Of a DNA stretch of 64,000 bases, positions 47,124 through 56,800 are shown in pieces. How positions within the stretch are numbered: the first letter of the stretch is position 1; each line of letters starts with the position of its first letter. Under the pieces are notes generated by a model. That model did not search any database, was not told where the DNA came from, and worked only from the letters and a program-made list of their open reading frames with translations. This DNA is from an uncultured Dehalococcoidia bacterium. GTDB taxonomy: Bacteria; Chloroflexota; Dehalococcoidia; UBA6926. A program made the translations under genes and the position numbers. The stretch covers positions 206,592 to 270,591 of the forward strand of contig CAZZAN010000003.1 of assembly GCA_964653005.1 (NCBI GenBank), given 5' to 3'.

Positions 47124-48367
47124 CTGTTCGTTCGGTGGGGTTGGTTGCGCTGCATTCGTACCCGTTGGCCGCATTGGGCGAGGGGAAGGCGGGCGGCATG
47201 TCCGCCTATGTGCTCGGGCTTGGCAGGGAGCTTGCGCGGCGCGGCATTGCCGTGACGATTGTGACTGCGGCGCATGACGATGCAGATTCGGTTGACTTGC
47301 GCTGCGACGGGATTCGGGTGGCGCACCTGCCTTCATCTGCCGCGGAATCCGCGAGTGAATGGGTGGCGCGGGCCGGTGAGTATGCCGAACAGATAGGAAT
47401 CGCCCTCGGTGAAAGCTGCGACTTAATTCACACACACTATTGGGCTTCAGGGTTGGCGGGGCTGGAAGTGTCACGCCGGTTTGACATCCCGCACGTGACA
47501 ACGTTCCACACCATAGCCGCCGTTAAAGAGCAGGCGTCTGATTTATCACCTGAGCCTCATGAGCGGCATGATGCGGAGCGGGCGATTGCGCGGGGCGCGG
47601 ATGGAATTGTCGCGTGGACAGGGTTTGAGGCGGATGCGCTGGTCTCGATGTTGGGGGCTGAGCGTGAGCGGATAGCTGTTGCGCCGATTGGAGTTGATTC
47701 CGCGCGGTTTCATCCCTTGAACAAGGCGGAGGCGCGGCTGCGGCTGGGCATTCCTGCCGATGAGGAGACACTGCTGTATGTCGGTCGGCTGGACCGGATC
47801 AAGGGAGCGGACGTGCTGGTGAGGGCGGCGGGCCTTCTGGCCGAGAGGCCGCAGATGCGTGTGCGGTTCCTAGGCGGCGAGGTGGATGCGGACTATGCAG
47901 CGGGGCTGCGCGCGCTTGCCTCGGAAATTGACATCGTTGAACAGGTTTCGTGGGCGGGCATGGTGGCCAATGATGAGTTGCCATGGCATTACGCGGCGGC
48001 GGACCTGCTCATCGTTCCTTCGTACTCGGAGAGTTTCAGCATTGCGGCGGCAGAGGCGATGGCGTGCGGGACGCCCGTGGTGGCGTCCGATGTGCCGGGG
48101 CCGGCGTCGTTTATCGAAGATGGAGTGTCGGGTCGGCTTGTTCCGGCGGGGGACGCCCCTGCCCTTGCACGAGCTATCTGCGAACTGCTTGATGATGAGG
48201 AGCTTCGGCAGCATCTTGGCCGTGGGGCACTAGCGGCTGCGCAAGGGATGACGTGGTCGGCGAGCGCGGACAAGGTGTTGGGTTTATATGAGAGGGTGAT
48301 TGAGAGATGCCCTCACCCTAACCCTCTCCCTGAGGGAGAGGGGATTCTCGGAGGTAGTAAACGGTGA
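47120..48367 (+). CDS. GT4-family glycosyltransferase (MshA/BshA-like retaining GT-B)
   Basis: 415 aa. N-terminal GGMSAYVLGLGRELARRGIAV resembles the MshA GGMNVYV motif. C-terminal EX7E-like GT4 core (SYSESFSIAAAEAMACGTPVVASDVPG). 4-nt overlap with the upstream gene. Confidence 0.8.
   Translation: MTVRSVGLVALHSYPLAALGEGKAGGMSAYVLGLGRELARRGIAVTIVTAAHDDADSVDLRCDGIRVAHLPSSAAESASEWVARAGEYAEQIGIALGESCDLIHTHYWASGLAGLEVSRRFDIPHVTTFHTIAAVKEQASDLSPEPHERHDAERAIARGADGIVAWTGFEADALVSMLGAERERIAVAPIGVDSARFHPLNKAEARLRLGIPADEETLLYVGRLDRIKGADVLVRAAGLLAERPQMRVRFLGGEVDADYAAGLRALASEIDIVEQVSWAGMVANDELPWHYAAADLLIVPSYSESFSIAAAEAMACGTPVVASDVPGPASFIEDGVSGRLVPAGDAPALARAICELLDDEELRQHLGRGALAAAQGMTWSASADKVLGLYERVIERCPHPNPLPEGEGILGGSKR
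48300..48345. repeat. module A hairpin repeat embedded in the 3' end of the GT4 gene
   Basis: CCCTCACCCTAACCCTCTCCCTGAGGGAGAGGGG, translated as ...CPHPNPLPEGEGILGGSKR at the GT4 C-terminus. Confidence 0.7.
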
Positions 48368-49083
48368 TTGAGGAGTTTGGGGAGGTTGAGCGGGTGCTGG
48401 TGGTTGCGCCGCATCCGGATGATGCCGAGATCGGGTGCGGGGGGACGGTGGCGCTGCTGGCACGGGACGGGGTTGAGGTGTATTACGTGGTCGCGACGAA
48501 CGGCGACAAGGGGACGGAGGATCCTACCCTGACGAACGCGGACCTGGCAGCGATGCGCGACAAGGAACAGCGTGACGCAGCGGCGATGCTGGGCGTGAAA
48601 GAGGTGACGATTCTCCAGAACGGCGACGGTGAGCTTGTCGATGGGCGGGAGTTGCTGGGAGTAATCACTCGGCACGTGCGGCGCATCAAGCCGGACATCG
48701 TTCTCACGACCGATCCGTTCCGCACGGGCTTCTATATCCATCGCGATCATCGCATCACGGGCATGGTGACGATGGACGCGGTGTTCCCGTTCGCGCGTGA
48801 TCGGCTGCATTTCCCGGAGCACGACGCAGAGGGTCTTGGGACACACAAGTCTGCGGAGATCTATTTCTGGGGCTCGGAGAATTCCGACGTGTTCGTTGAC
48901 ATATCGGACACTATCGAAGCAAAAATTGAAGCGACGATGCTCCACTCGAGCCAATTTGAGCCGGACTCCGGCGAGTGGATCCGACGATGGTCGGCTCGCA
49001 AGGGGAAGCCGCACGGCATGGCGTACGCGGAGGACTTTCGACGCTACGGGATAAGCCGCATGGGAACCGATGAGGAGGACTAG
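48364..49083 (+). CDS. PIG-L/LmbE-family N-acetylglucosaminyl deacetylase (copy 1)
   Basis: 239 aa. Metal-binding motif VAPHPDDAEIGCGG and HRDH. Start overlaps the GT4 stop. Confidence 0.8.
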   Translation: MIEEFGEVERVLVVAPHPDDAEIGCGGTVALLARDGVEVYYVVATNGDKGTEDPTLTNADLAAMRDKEQRDAAAMLGVKEVTILQNGDGELVDGRELLGVITRHVRRIKPDIVLTTDPFRTGFYIHRDHRITGMVTMDAVFPFARDRLHFPEHDAEGLGTHKSAEIYFWGSENSDVFVDISDTIEAKIEATMLHSSQFEPDSGEWIRRWSARKGKPHGMAYAEDFRRYGISRMGTDEED

Positions 49084-49819
49084 GGCAATTAGCACCGACG
49101 AGACACAGGCTCACGTGGTTGATACGCAGGGCCGTCCCAAGAAGTTGATGGCGATCTCGGCGCATCCAGACGATATGGAGTTTGGTTGCGCGGGAACGAT
49201 TGCCAAGTGGATACGCGAGGGCTGGGAGGGCGCGCTGGTTATCGCCACGGACGGGCGCGCGGGCACTGCCGACCCGGACACGAAGCCGGAGGACCTCATC
49301 AAGACGCGTGAGGCCGAGGCACGGGCGGCGGCAAAGGTACTCGGCATTGAGGACGTGACGTTCCTGGGGTACCCGGACGGGGAGTTGGAGGACAGTCGCG
49401 AGCTACGCGAGCATCTGGTACGGGAGATCCGCCGGTTCAGGCCGGAGGTTGTTTTCACGTTCGATCCGTATCGGCGGAGTCACAACCACCGCGATCACCG
49501 GAACGTGGGGCAGGCGGCGTTCGACGCGATGTATCCGTATGCTCGCGACGTGCATCATTTTCCGCACCTTGCACAGCAGGGCTTCGAGCCGCATATCGTC
49601 TCCGAGGCGTGGTCGTGGAGCGAGGATCCGGACACGTGGATCGACATCTCGGATTCAATCCAGTTCAAAGTGGACGCGCTGCGTGAGCACAAGAGCCAAA
49701 TCAAGAACCCGGAGGGGTTGATGGAGCGGATCCACTCCCGGCATGAGGAGCAGGGGCAATCGCCGGGCTACCGGTACGCGGAGGGGTTCCGGGTGCATCG
49801 GTTCAGGTGGCCGGGATAA
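49070..49819 (+). CDS. PIG-L/LmbE-family deacetylase (copy 2)
   Basis: AISAHPDDMEFGCAG and HRDH motifs. The tracked ORF overlaps copy 1. A likelier start is the internal Met at about 49148 (MAISAHPDD). Confidence 0.8.
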   Translation: MRRTRAISTDETQAHVVDTQGRPKKLMAISAHPDDMEFGCAGTIAKWIREGWEGALVIATDGRAGTADPDTKPEDLIKTREAEARAAAKVLGIEDVTFLGYPDGELEDSRELREHLVREIRRFRPEVVFTFDPYRRSHNHRDHRNVGQAAFDAMYPYARDVHHFPHLAQQGFEPHIVSEAWSWSEDPDTWIDISDSIQFKVDALREHKSQIKNPEGLMERIHSRHEEQGQSPGYRYAEGFRVHRFRWPG

Positions 49820-49921
49820 TTTTCTCGGTTCGCGATCGGCGCCGGTTGGCCCGTGGAGTCAGCATTCCGCGTTCCGGCTTGGCGGGGCAATGGGATGGCG
49901 GCGTGGGGAGGCATGTGATGA

Positions 49922-50764
49922 GTGTTGACGGGGGTGGAGTTGGATAATCACGCGGGCGGAATCCACCGGAACGGGGCCCACATTGGCGGGTTCGTTGATA
50001 TTCACTGCCATATTCTTCCGGGGATAGACGACGGGGCGCGGGACAGGGCGGAGTCCATTGAAATGGCGCGCATCGCGCACGGCCAGGGCACGGCAACCAT
50101 CGTCACGACGCCGCACAATTTTCCACGTTCGCATCAGTCCGTGCTGGAGGAATCCCGACACCGCGTGACGCTGCTACAGCGGGCGGTTGCAGAGCAGAAT
50201 CTGGACATTGCGCTGCTCACGGGGCAGGAGATACGCATCACGCGGGGACTGACGGAGCAGTTGGAGTCCGGGAACGGGGTGACGATCAATGAGAATCGTT
50301 ATGTGCTCACTGAGCCGCCGTTCAATTCGATGCCCGATTATGTTGAAGAGGAAATCAGGTCGATCATCGCGCTGGGTTATCGGCCCGTACTGGCACACCC
50401 TGAACGCAACACGATTATCCAGAAGGAGCCGGACATCGTGCGTCGCCTGATTGGCCTCGGCGCACTGACTCAGATGAATACGGGCAGCCTATTTGACCAC
50501 TATGGGGCGGGGTCGCGCGAGGCGGGCGAATATCTGCTGCAACAGGAGATGATCCACGTGATCGCGACGGACGCGCACGGCGCAACCGGATCGCGCGTGC
50601 CCAATATGCAGGCGGGCTTTGACCGGGTGGCCGAGTTGACGGACGAGAGCCGGGCGTGGGCGTTGGCGCGGGACAATCCGTTGGCGATTACGGAGGAGCG
50701 GGAAGTGCCGTATCGGCCCGAGTTGGTACCGGCAACTACAGCAGGACGCGGCACCGGCGGTTAG
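49922..50764 (+). CDS. PHP-domain phosphoesterase of the CpsB/YwqE (Tyr-phosphatase) type
   Basis: 280 aa. FVDIHCHILPGIDDGA N-terminal metal motif, then TPH and HPER motifs typical of CpsB-like PHP enzymes. GTG start in the track. Confidence 0.75.
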   Translation: MLTGVELDNHAGGIHRNGAHIGGFVDIHCHILPGIDDGARDRAESIEMARIAHGQGTATIVTTPHNFPRSHQSVLEESRHRVTLLQRAVAEQNLDIALLTGQEIRITRGLTEQLESGNGVTINENRYVLTEPPFNSMPDYVEEEIRSIIALGYRPVLAHPERNTIIQKEPDIVRRLIGLGALTQMNTGSLFDHYGAGSREAGEYLLQQEMIHVIATDAHGATGSRVPNMQAGFDRVAELTDESRAWALARDNPLAITEEREVPYRPELVPATTAGRGTGG

Positions 50765-50768
50765 GCCA

Positions 50769-50987
50769 ATGACTCTTGCCTGCGGACGGTGCGGGCGACG
50801 ACCGGAAGCACCGCCGGATGCTCCTTCTCCGTTTGTCTGTGCGGAGTGCCGCGATTCAACTTCCGCGTTGCGGTATTGCAACCGGTGTGGGAATGAGTCG
50901 CCGGAGGGGGAGTTGGTGGCCTCCGGCGGTCGGTGCGGATGGTGCCGCTCGGCGGATGATATTCCGTGGGAGGAGCCCCTGGACTGA
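50769..50987 (+). CDS. small Cys-rich zinc-ribbon protein (hypothetical)
   Basis: 72 aa with four CxxC pairs (CGRC, CAEC, CNRC, CGWC). Sits between annotated genes before a repeat cluster. Confidence 0.35.
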   Translation: MTLACGRCGRRPEAPPDAPSPFVCAECRDSTSALRYCNRCGNESPEGELVASGGRCGWCRSADDIPWEEPLD

Positions 50988-50994
50988 GGATCGC

Positions 50995-51115
50995 ATCCAC
51001 TCATGTCCTTCGACAGGCTCAGGATGAGCGGATGGGACGGGTTGTAGCCCTGCGGGCTACGCGGTGGATTCCGGCCTGCGCCGGAATGACGGTGGGGCAG
51101 GAGTGACGGGGATCT
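50995..51115. repeat. modular hairpin repeat (C and B)
   Basis: CCTTCGACAGGCTCAGGATGAGCGG ... GGATTCCGGCCTGCGCCGGAATGACGG. Confidence 0.85.
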
Positions 51116-51117
51116 GC

Positions 51118-52053
51118 TTAGGCGGGGGTGGCGGCGGGTGTGTAGGTTGGGGTTAGCCAGTGGGCGTATTGGTCACGCTCGCCCTTGACGACTTCAAAGT
51201 AGAGCTTCTGGAGTTCGGCGGTGATGGGGCCGATGCTGCCGCTGCCGATGGGACGTCCATCAACTTCGAGCACGGGCGTGACGTGGGCGGCGGTGCCGGT
51301 CATGAAGAACTCGTCTGTGACATAGACTTCCGTCTTTGGGATGGTGCGTTCGACAACTTTAAGCCCAAGCACATCCCGCGCCAGTTCAAGAACCGTGTTT
51401 CGTGTGATGCCATCCAGGATGCCGTCGGTCTGCGGCGGGGTGCTGATGACGCCGTTGTCGATAAGGAAGATGTTCTCGCCGCTGCCCTCGGAGATGTTGC
51501 CGTCGTCCGTGAGGAGGATGGCTTCGTCGTAGCCGCGCCAGACGGCTTCGCTCTTGGCGAGGCTGTTGGCGACGTACATGCCGGTGACCTTGGCGCTGGG
51601 GGGGATGACGTTGTCCTGGATGCGGGTCCAGCTTGAGAAGGTGCAGCGGATGCCGGCGTCAGAGTCGAGATAGTTGCCGAAGGGGACGATGTAGATGAGG
51701 AAGTCGTCTTCAAGATCATGGACTCGGAGTCCTACAACATCTGAGGACTTATAGGCGAGCGGGCGGACGTACACGTCCTCTTTGAAGCCGCATTGCCGGA
51801 CGAGATCAAGCGTGATGCGCTCGAAGTCGTCAAGGGAGTAGGGGAGCTTGATGTTGAGCATGGCGCAGGAACGGAGGAGGCGGGCGTAGTGTTCGCGGAC
51901 ACGGAACAGGTACATCTGCTCCTGGTCTGCGTTCCAGTTGCCGCGGATACCCTCAAAGACGCCGGTACCATAGTTGAAGGCGTGCGTGACGACGCTGATT
52001 TTGGCCTCCTCAAGCGGGACGACTTTCCCTTCAAAGAAGGCGAGTGATGGCAT
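51118..52053 (-). CDS. ilvE: branched-chain amino acid aminotransferase
   Basis: 311 aa. Fold-type IV PLP enzyme motifs (FEGIRG, TGTAA, EVDGR). Confidence 0.9.
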   Translation of the reverse strand: MPSLAFFEGKVVPLEEAKISVVTHAFNYGTGVFEGIRGNWNADQEQMYLFRVREHYARLLRSCAMLNIKLPYSLDDFERITLDLVRQCGFKEDVYVRPLAYKSSDVVGLRVHDLEDDFLIYIVPFGNYLDSDAGIRCTFSSWTRIQDNVIPPSAKVTGMYVANSLAKSEAVWRGYDEAILLTDDGNISEGSGENIFLIDNGVISTPPQTDGILDGITRNTVLELARDVLGLKVVERTIPKTEVYVTDEFFMTGTAAHVTPVLEVDGRPIGSGSIGPITAELQKLYFEVVKGERDQYAHWLTPTYTPAATPA

Positions 52054-52119
52054 GGGCGTTTCTCCTAGAATGCGGTTCGGTCTCAGGTAAGGGTCAGTTT
52101 ATCGCAGATAGATTGGGGG

Positions 52120-52320
52120 CGGCAATGAATCCCCTCACCCTAGCCCTCTCCCTCAGGGAGAGGGGACCGGATGGATTCCCGTGTCAAGCACGGGAATGAC
52201 GGTGGGGGCGGCAACGAACCCCCTCACCCTAGCCCTCTCCCCCGGGGAGAGGGGACCGGATGGATTCCCGTGTCAAGCACGGGAATGACGGTGGGGGCGG
52301 GCATGACGGGGTGGGGGTTC
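52120..52320. repeat. two tandem A+B composite repeat units (~90 bp each)
   Basis: CCCCTCACCCTAGCCCTCTCCC(TCAG/CCGG)GGAGAGGGGACCGGATGGATTCCCGTGTCAAGCACGGGAATGACGGTGGGGGCGG, twice. Confidence 0.9.
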
Positions 52321-52952
52321 TAGCGGCGGCGGTCGGCGAGTTCTGTGGCGACTTCTGAGAGGGAGACGCCGGCGTCCTCAAGGAGGATGGTGAGGTGGTA
52401 GAGGAGGTCGGCGGCCTCGGCGCGGACGCGGTCCGGGGCCTTGGCCATGGCGGCCAGCGCGGTCTCTCCACCCTCTTCGATGACCTTTTGGGCGATACGC
52501 TCCGTGCCACGCTCGAACAAGCTGGCGGTGTAGCTGCCTTCCGGCTTGTCTTTCCTGCGCTGGGAAACGGTCATGGCGAGTTCGGTAAGGGTCGCGCCGA
52601 GTTGATCCTGCGCGGCGGGCTCCATCTGCCAATCTGAGGTGTCGAAGTCCTGGTAGAAGCAGGTCTCGCTGCCGGTGTGGCAAGCGGGGCCTTCCGGGTT
52701 GACCTTGAGCAAGATGACATCACCATCGCAGTCGGGGCGGACTTCGACGACGTTGAGAAAGTGTCCTGACGTTGCGCCCTTGTGCCAGAGTTCCTGACGG
52801 GAGCGGCTGTAGAACCACGCCTGGCCGGATTCAATGGTGCGCGTGAGGGACTCGTGGTTCATGTAAGCGACCATGAGGACGGCGCCGGATTGGGCGTCCT
52901 GGGCGATGGCTGGGATGAGGGCTTTCTCGTCGATTGTCAGTTGGGTTGGCAT
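52320..52952 (-). CDS. hisIE: bifunctional phosphoribosyl-AMP cyclohydrolase / phosphoribosyl-ATP pyrophosphatase
   Basis: 210 aa. HisI region ([10 protein letters not shown]...CHTGSETCF) fused to a HisE region. Confidence 0.9.
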   Translation of the reverse strand: MPTQLTIDEKALIPAIAQDAQSGAVLMVAYMNHESLTRTIESGQAWFYSRSRQELWHKGATSGHFLNVVEVRPDCDGDVILLKVNPEGPACHTGSETCFYQDFDTSDWQMEPAAQDQLGATLTELAMTVSQRRKDKPEGSYTASLFERGTERIAQKVIEEGGETALAAMAKAPDRVRAEAADLLYHLTILLEDAGVSLSEVATELADRRR

Positions 52953-53014
52953 GGGTTTTCTCCTGCCTTTTTCAGTGGAGGCACAGGTTAATTGTATGGG
53001 GTGGGGGCAGAGGG

Positions 53015-53050
53015 GGGTTGACCCTTCGACAGGCTCAGGGTGAACGAAAG
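53015..53050. repeat. modular hairpin repeat (module C)
   Basis: CCCTTCGACAGGCTCAGGGTGAACG. Confidence 0.75.
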
Positions 53051-53052
53051 GA

Positions 53053-53838
53053 CTATAGGGCGGAGAGGGTTTTGGAGGCGACGATGTCTACGAGGCCTAG
53101 GAGGGTGGTGATTTCATAGTCGGGGGTGGCGGGAATGTCTTTCGGCCAGTCTGCGCCGGTGCGGTTGATCCAGACGGCGGGAATGCCGAGCCCCTGGGGG
53201 CCCTGTATGTCCTCCCTTGGGGTGTCACCGACGTAGATGGCCTGTGAGGGATCATCGATGCCAAATGCGGCGAGGCCGGCCTGAAAGATGCGCGGATGGG
53301 GTTTGTAGACCTTGGTGCCTTCGGAGTGGATGACGTGGTCGAATGACAAGTCGTGGGTTGCGATGGTGCCGTGGAGGTATTCGTGGTCGGCGTTGCTAAC
53401 GATGGCCAGAGGCACGCGCGCGCGGAGGGCTTCCAGCGCGGGCGCGACATCGCGGTACATTGCCCTGCCCTTGAGGTCGTCATAGATCATGCCGATGGCG
53501 GCGGGTATGTAGGCGGGGTCAAGGTTGAGTTCGGCGGATGCCAGTTCAAAGGCGCGTGCCCACGCCTCGCGGTACGGGGTGAATTTGTCGGGCGGCGGGG
53601 CGTCCCATTGGCCATCATCGTTGAGCCAAACGCGGGACTGGCGGAATGCGGTCTCATGAACGCGCCAGTGTTGGAGGAGGGTTTCCGGTTCTGCAGGGAT
53701 GTTCAGGCGCTCAACGATGGCAGCAAAGACACGCGAGAGTAGGCCCGGCTCGTAGTGAAAGAGGGTGCCGTAGGCATCAAGGAGGACCGCGCGGAGCCGA
53801 AAGCGGGAGCGGCGGCGAGGTCGGCTGGGAGGGTTCAC
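53053..53838 (-). CDS. HAD-family (subfamily IA-like) hydrolase embedded in the his cluster
   Basis: 261 aa. Motif [10 protein letters not shown], motif III K, motif [10 protein letters not shown]. 4-nt overlap with the hisF start region. Confidence 0.7.
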   Translation of the reverse strand: MNPPSRPRRRSRFRLRAVLLDAYGTLFHYEPGLLSRVFAAIVERLNIPAEPETLLQHWRVHETAFRQSRVWLNDDGQWDAPPPDKFTPYREAWARAFELASAELNLDPAYIPAAIGMIYDDLKGRAMYRDVAPALEALRARVPLAIVSNADHEYLHGTIATHDLSFDHVIHSEGTKVYKPHPRIFQAGLAAFGIDDPSQAIYVGDTPREDIQGPQGLGIPAVWINRTGADWPKDIPATPDYEITTLLGLVDIVASKTLSAL

Positions 53839-54716
53839 GCCCCTGTGCTCGTGTTCAGCCGGACGGGGACGTTCTGGCTTCGCATGTATTGCTTGGCCTG
53901 CTCAATAGTGAATTCGCCGTAATGGAAGATGCTGGCGGCCAGGGCGGCGTCTGCTCCGCCCTGCACAACGGCCTCACACATGTGCTCGACGTTGCCCGCG
54001 CCGCCTGAAGCAATGACGGGGATGGTGACGGCGTCCGCGACAGCGCGGATGAGTTCGAGGTCATAGCCGGTCTTTGTGCCGTCGGCGTCAATGCTGTTGA
54101 GGACGACCTCACCTACGCCAAGTTCGGCGGCGTATATCGTCCATTTGAGGGCGTCGATGCCTGCGGCGCGACCGCCGTCGGCGCCGGTGTGCGTGCGGAC
54201 TTCCCAGCGTGTGGAATCGTCAAAGGCTATCTCTGATATTTCATGCGGCGGCGCATCGATCTGGGACGGGTCGACGCGGCGGGCGTCCATGCCAAGAACG
54301 ATGCATTGGCTGCCGAACTGGGCGGCGGACTCGCGGATGAGTTCTGGGTTCTGGACGGCGGCGGTGTTGATGCTGACCTTGTCCGCGCCGGCGTTGAGCA
54401 TGGTGCGGACGTCGTCAACTGAGCGGATGCCGCCGCCAACGGTGAGGGGGATGTAGACTTCCTCAGCGACACGGTGGACCACATCAAGCATGATTTCGCG
54501 GCCATCAGATGAGGCGGTGATGTCGTAGAAAACGAGTTCATCCGCGCCCTGCTCATCGTAGAAGCGGGCGAGTTCGACGGGGTCACCGGCGTCGCGGTGG
54601 TCGCGGAAGCGGACGCCTTTGACGACACGGCCGCCCTTTACATCGAGGCAGGGGATGATTCTGCGGGAGAGCATGGTGACATTGTACGGGGGATTAGGTC
54701 GCGGCGGCGATTGCAT
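53835..54716 (-). CDS. hisF: imidazole glycerol phosphate synthase cyclase subunit
   Basis: [16 protein letters not shown] and full HisF colinearity. Probable start at the internal Met (MLSRRIIP), about 54674. Confidence 0.9.
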   Translation of the reverse strand: MQSPPRPNPPYNVTMLSRRIIPCLDVKGGRVVKGVRFRDHRDAGDPVELARFYDEQGADELVFYDITASSDGREIMLDVVHRVAEEVYIPLTVGGGIRSVDDVRTMLNAGADKVSINTAAVQNPELIRESAAQFGSQCIVLGMDARRVDPSQIDAPPHEISEIAFDDSTRWEVRTHTGADGGRAAGIDALKWTIYAAELGVGEVVLNSIDADGTKTGYDLELIRAVADAVTIPVIASGGAGNVEHMCEAVVQGGADAALAASIFHYGEFTIEQAKQYMRSQNVPVRLNTSTGA

Positions 54717-55413
54717 CCGGGAGGGTGATGTCGCCGGTGTAGAGGGCGCGGCCTATGATGACTGCTTCTACGTCTGTGGCGGCGAGGGCACGGATGTCAT
54801 CAAGGGTGGTGACGCCGCCGGAGGCGATGACGGGGATGGGGGCGACGGCCTCGGCGAATCCCTGCATGGCTTCGACGTTGACACCCTGCATGGCACCATC
54901 GCGGGATATGTCTGTGTGGATGAAGCGGCAAGCGCCGTATTGAATCAACTGTTTTGCGAGTTCAAGAGTGTCGACACCTGAGTCCTCGGTCCATCCGCGG
55001 ACGGCAACGCGACCATCGCGGGCATCAAGGCCCACGGCGATGTGGTCGCCGTAGCGTTCACACGCCTCACGGACGAGATCGGGGTTAGTGACGGCGACGG
55101 TGCCGAGGATAACGCGGTCGATGCCGGAGTCGATGAGGGCGGTGACGTCGTCCATGGAGCGGACGCCGCCGCCTAGTTGGACGGGGACGTTGACGGCGCG
55201 TGCGATGGAGGCGGCGAGTTCGGCTTGCCCGGTGTTGCCCTCTCGCGCGCCATCCAGATCAACAAGGTGGATGCGCGTGCCGCCCTGCTCTTCCCATGAG
55301 CGGGCAACGGCTGCGGGATCATCATCGAAAACGGTCTCGCGTTCGTAGTCGCCCTGAAAGAGGCGGACTGCCTTGCCGTTACGCAGGTCAATGGCCGGAA
55401 TTATTTTCATCAT
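54694..55413 (-). CDS. hisA: ProFAR isomerase
   Basis: 239 aa. [16 protein letters not shown]-terminus and (beta/alpha)8 HisA pattern. Confidence 0.9.
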   Translation of the reverse strand: MMKIIPAIDLRNGKAVRLFQGDYERETVFDDDPAAVARSWEEQGGTRIHLVDLDGAREGNTGQAELAASIARAVNVPVQLGGGVRSMDDVTALIDSGIDRVILGTVAVTNPDLVREACERYGDHIAVGLDARDGRVAVRGWTEDSGVDTLELAKQLIQYGACRFIHTDISRDGAMQGVNVEAMQGFAEAVAPIPVIASGGVTTLDDIRALAATDVEAVIIGRALYTGDITLPDAIAAAT

Positions 55414-55464
55414 CGGTTCCAGATTGTGGGCCTAGATTCCAAGCTGCCCGATTATGGGTCGCCC

Positions 55465-56136
55465 CTAGATTGCCCAGTTGAAAAAGTCCCGGTAGAGGGC
55501 GAGGCCGGGTCTACCGCTCTTTTCCGGGTGGAACTGTGTGGCGATGAGTTTATTCTTCGCGATGACGCTGGCAAACGGGCTGCCGTAGTTCGTGACGCCG
55601 AGGGTCATGTCTTCGTCCGTGGGTTGGGCGTAGTAGCTGTGGACGAAATAGAACTGGTAGTTGGCGGGGATGTTAGCCGTGGCTGGGTGGTCGCGGGTGA
55701 ACTCCACATCGTTCCAGCCCATGTGGGGGACGGTGAGTTCATGCGGAAACCGAATGCACGCGCCGGGGATGAGGCCGAGGCATTCGGCATCCCCCTCCTC
55801 GGTACGGTCAAAGAGGAGTTGGAGGCCGAGGCAGACGCCGAAGAAGGGTGTTTCCCGCGCGATGAGGTCCTCAAGAGCGGACTTCATTCCGGCGGCCCTG
55901 AGTCGTTCCATGCACGGGCCTGCGATGCCCTGTCCGGGAAATACGACGCCGTCCGCGTTGTTGAGGTCGGCGGCTTTGTCCGTGACGTTGACGCGATAGC
56001 CGACGGTTTCAAGCGCCTTGGCGACGGAGCGGAGATTGCCCGCGCCGTAGTCGACGACGGCTATGAGGGGAGTTGAGGCGTTACTGCTCACCGGTGAGGA
56101 GCTCCATGGGCAGATGGCGATCTTGATAGCGGGCAA
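55465..56136 (-). CDS. hisH: imidazole glycerol phosphate synthase glutamine amidotransferase subunit
   Basis: IAVVDYGAGNLRSV...GVCLGLQLL...FHPE class-I GATase triad. An in-frame GTG about 45 nt inside the ORF may be the real start. Confidence 0.9.
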   Translation of the reverse strand: MPAIKIAICPWSSSPVSSNASTPLIAVVDYGAGNLRSVAKALETVGYRVNVTDKAADLNNADGVVFPGQGIAGPCMERLRAAGMKSALEDLIARETPFFGVCLGLQLLFDRTEEGDAECLGLIPGACIRFPHELTVPHMGWNDVEFTRDHPATANIPANYQFYFVHSYYAQPTDEDMTLGVTNYGSPFASVIAKNKLIATQFHPEKSGRPGLALYRDFFNWAI

Positions 56137-56641
56137 GGATGAAGAGGAGATCGGCAGCGCGGTTGAGATATGGGATCACGAGCGATTCCTCTCGCAGGTA
56201 GCCGTCCTGCATAAGGCCGACGGCGCGGCGTTCCGCACTGCGGAGCGTGGAGCGGGCAAGGTCGAGGGCGGCTGAGGCAGGCGTCGCGCCGGGGATGACA
56301 AACGCGCGGGGCAGTTCGAACTCCTCCTGAAGGGAGTCGATGTGTGTTTCCAGGGCGTCGACGTGCTCTTGCGTGACGGGTGAGAAGTGCTTGAGGAAGG
56401 TGTTGAAGTGGCCAACGTCCGTGGCGAGCTCGGCGCCGACGGTAAAGAGCTCACGCTGGAGGGCGATGGCAATCTCGCGGACGCGCCCGTCATCGGAGTG
56501 GCTGCGGCCAAGCCCGATGGCGGAAACGGCCTCATCGACAGTGCCATACGCCTCGGCGCGCGGGTCATTCTTGGGGATGCGGCCTCCATACAGGAGACCG
56601 GTCTCTCCCTTGTCACCGTATCGTGTGTAGACGTTAGGCAT
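56081..56641 (-). CDS. PduO-type ATP:cob(I)alamin adenosyltransferase
   Basis: 186 aa. YTRYGDKGETGL N-terminal motif and helical-bundle PduO/MMAB family features. Confidence 0.8.
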   Translation of the reverse strand: MPNVYTRYGDKGETGLLYGGRIPKNDPRAEAYGTVDEAVSAIGLGRSHSDDGRVREIAIALQRELFTVGAELATDVGHFNTFLKHFSPVTQEHVDALETHIDSLQEEFELPRAFVIPGATPASAALDLARSTLRSAERRAVGLMQDGYLREESLVIPYLNRAADLLFILARYQDRHLPMELLTGEQ

Positions 56642-56800
56642 TTTTTGTAGACCGTTCCAGCGTGGTCCGCGTTCCTGAAGCTCTCTGTTCTTCGATATCT
56701 GGTGTGTTCTTCTTGCTAGTTTAGCGCGGGGCGCGAGAGCATGTTAGGGTATATTCAAACATTTGTGCGGGCTTGAGAACAGCCGGGGAGGTAATTCAGG

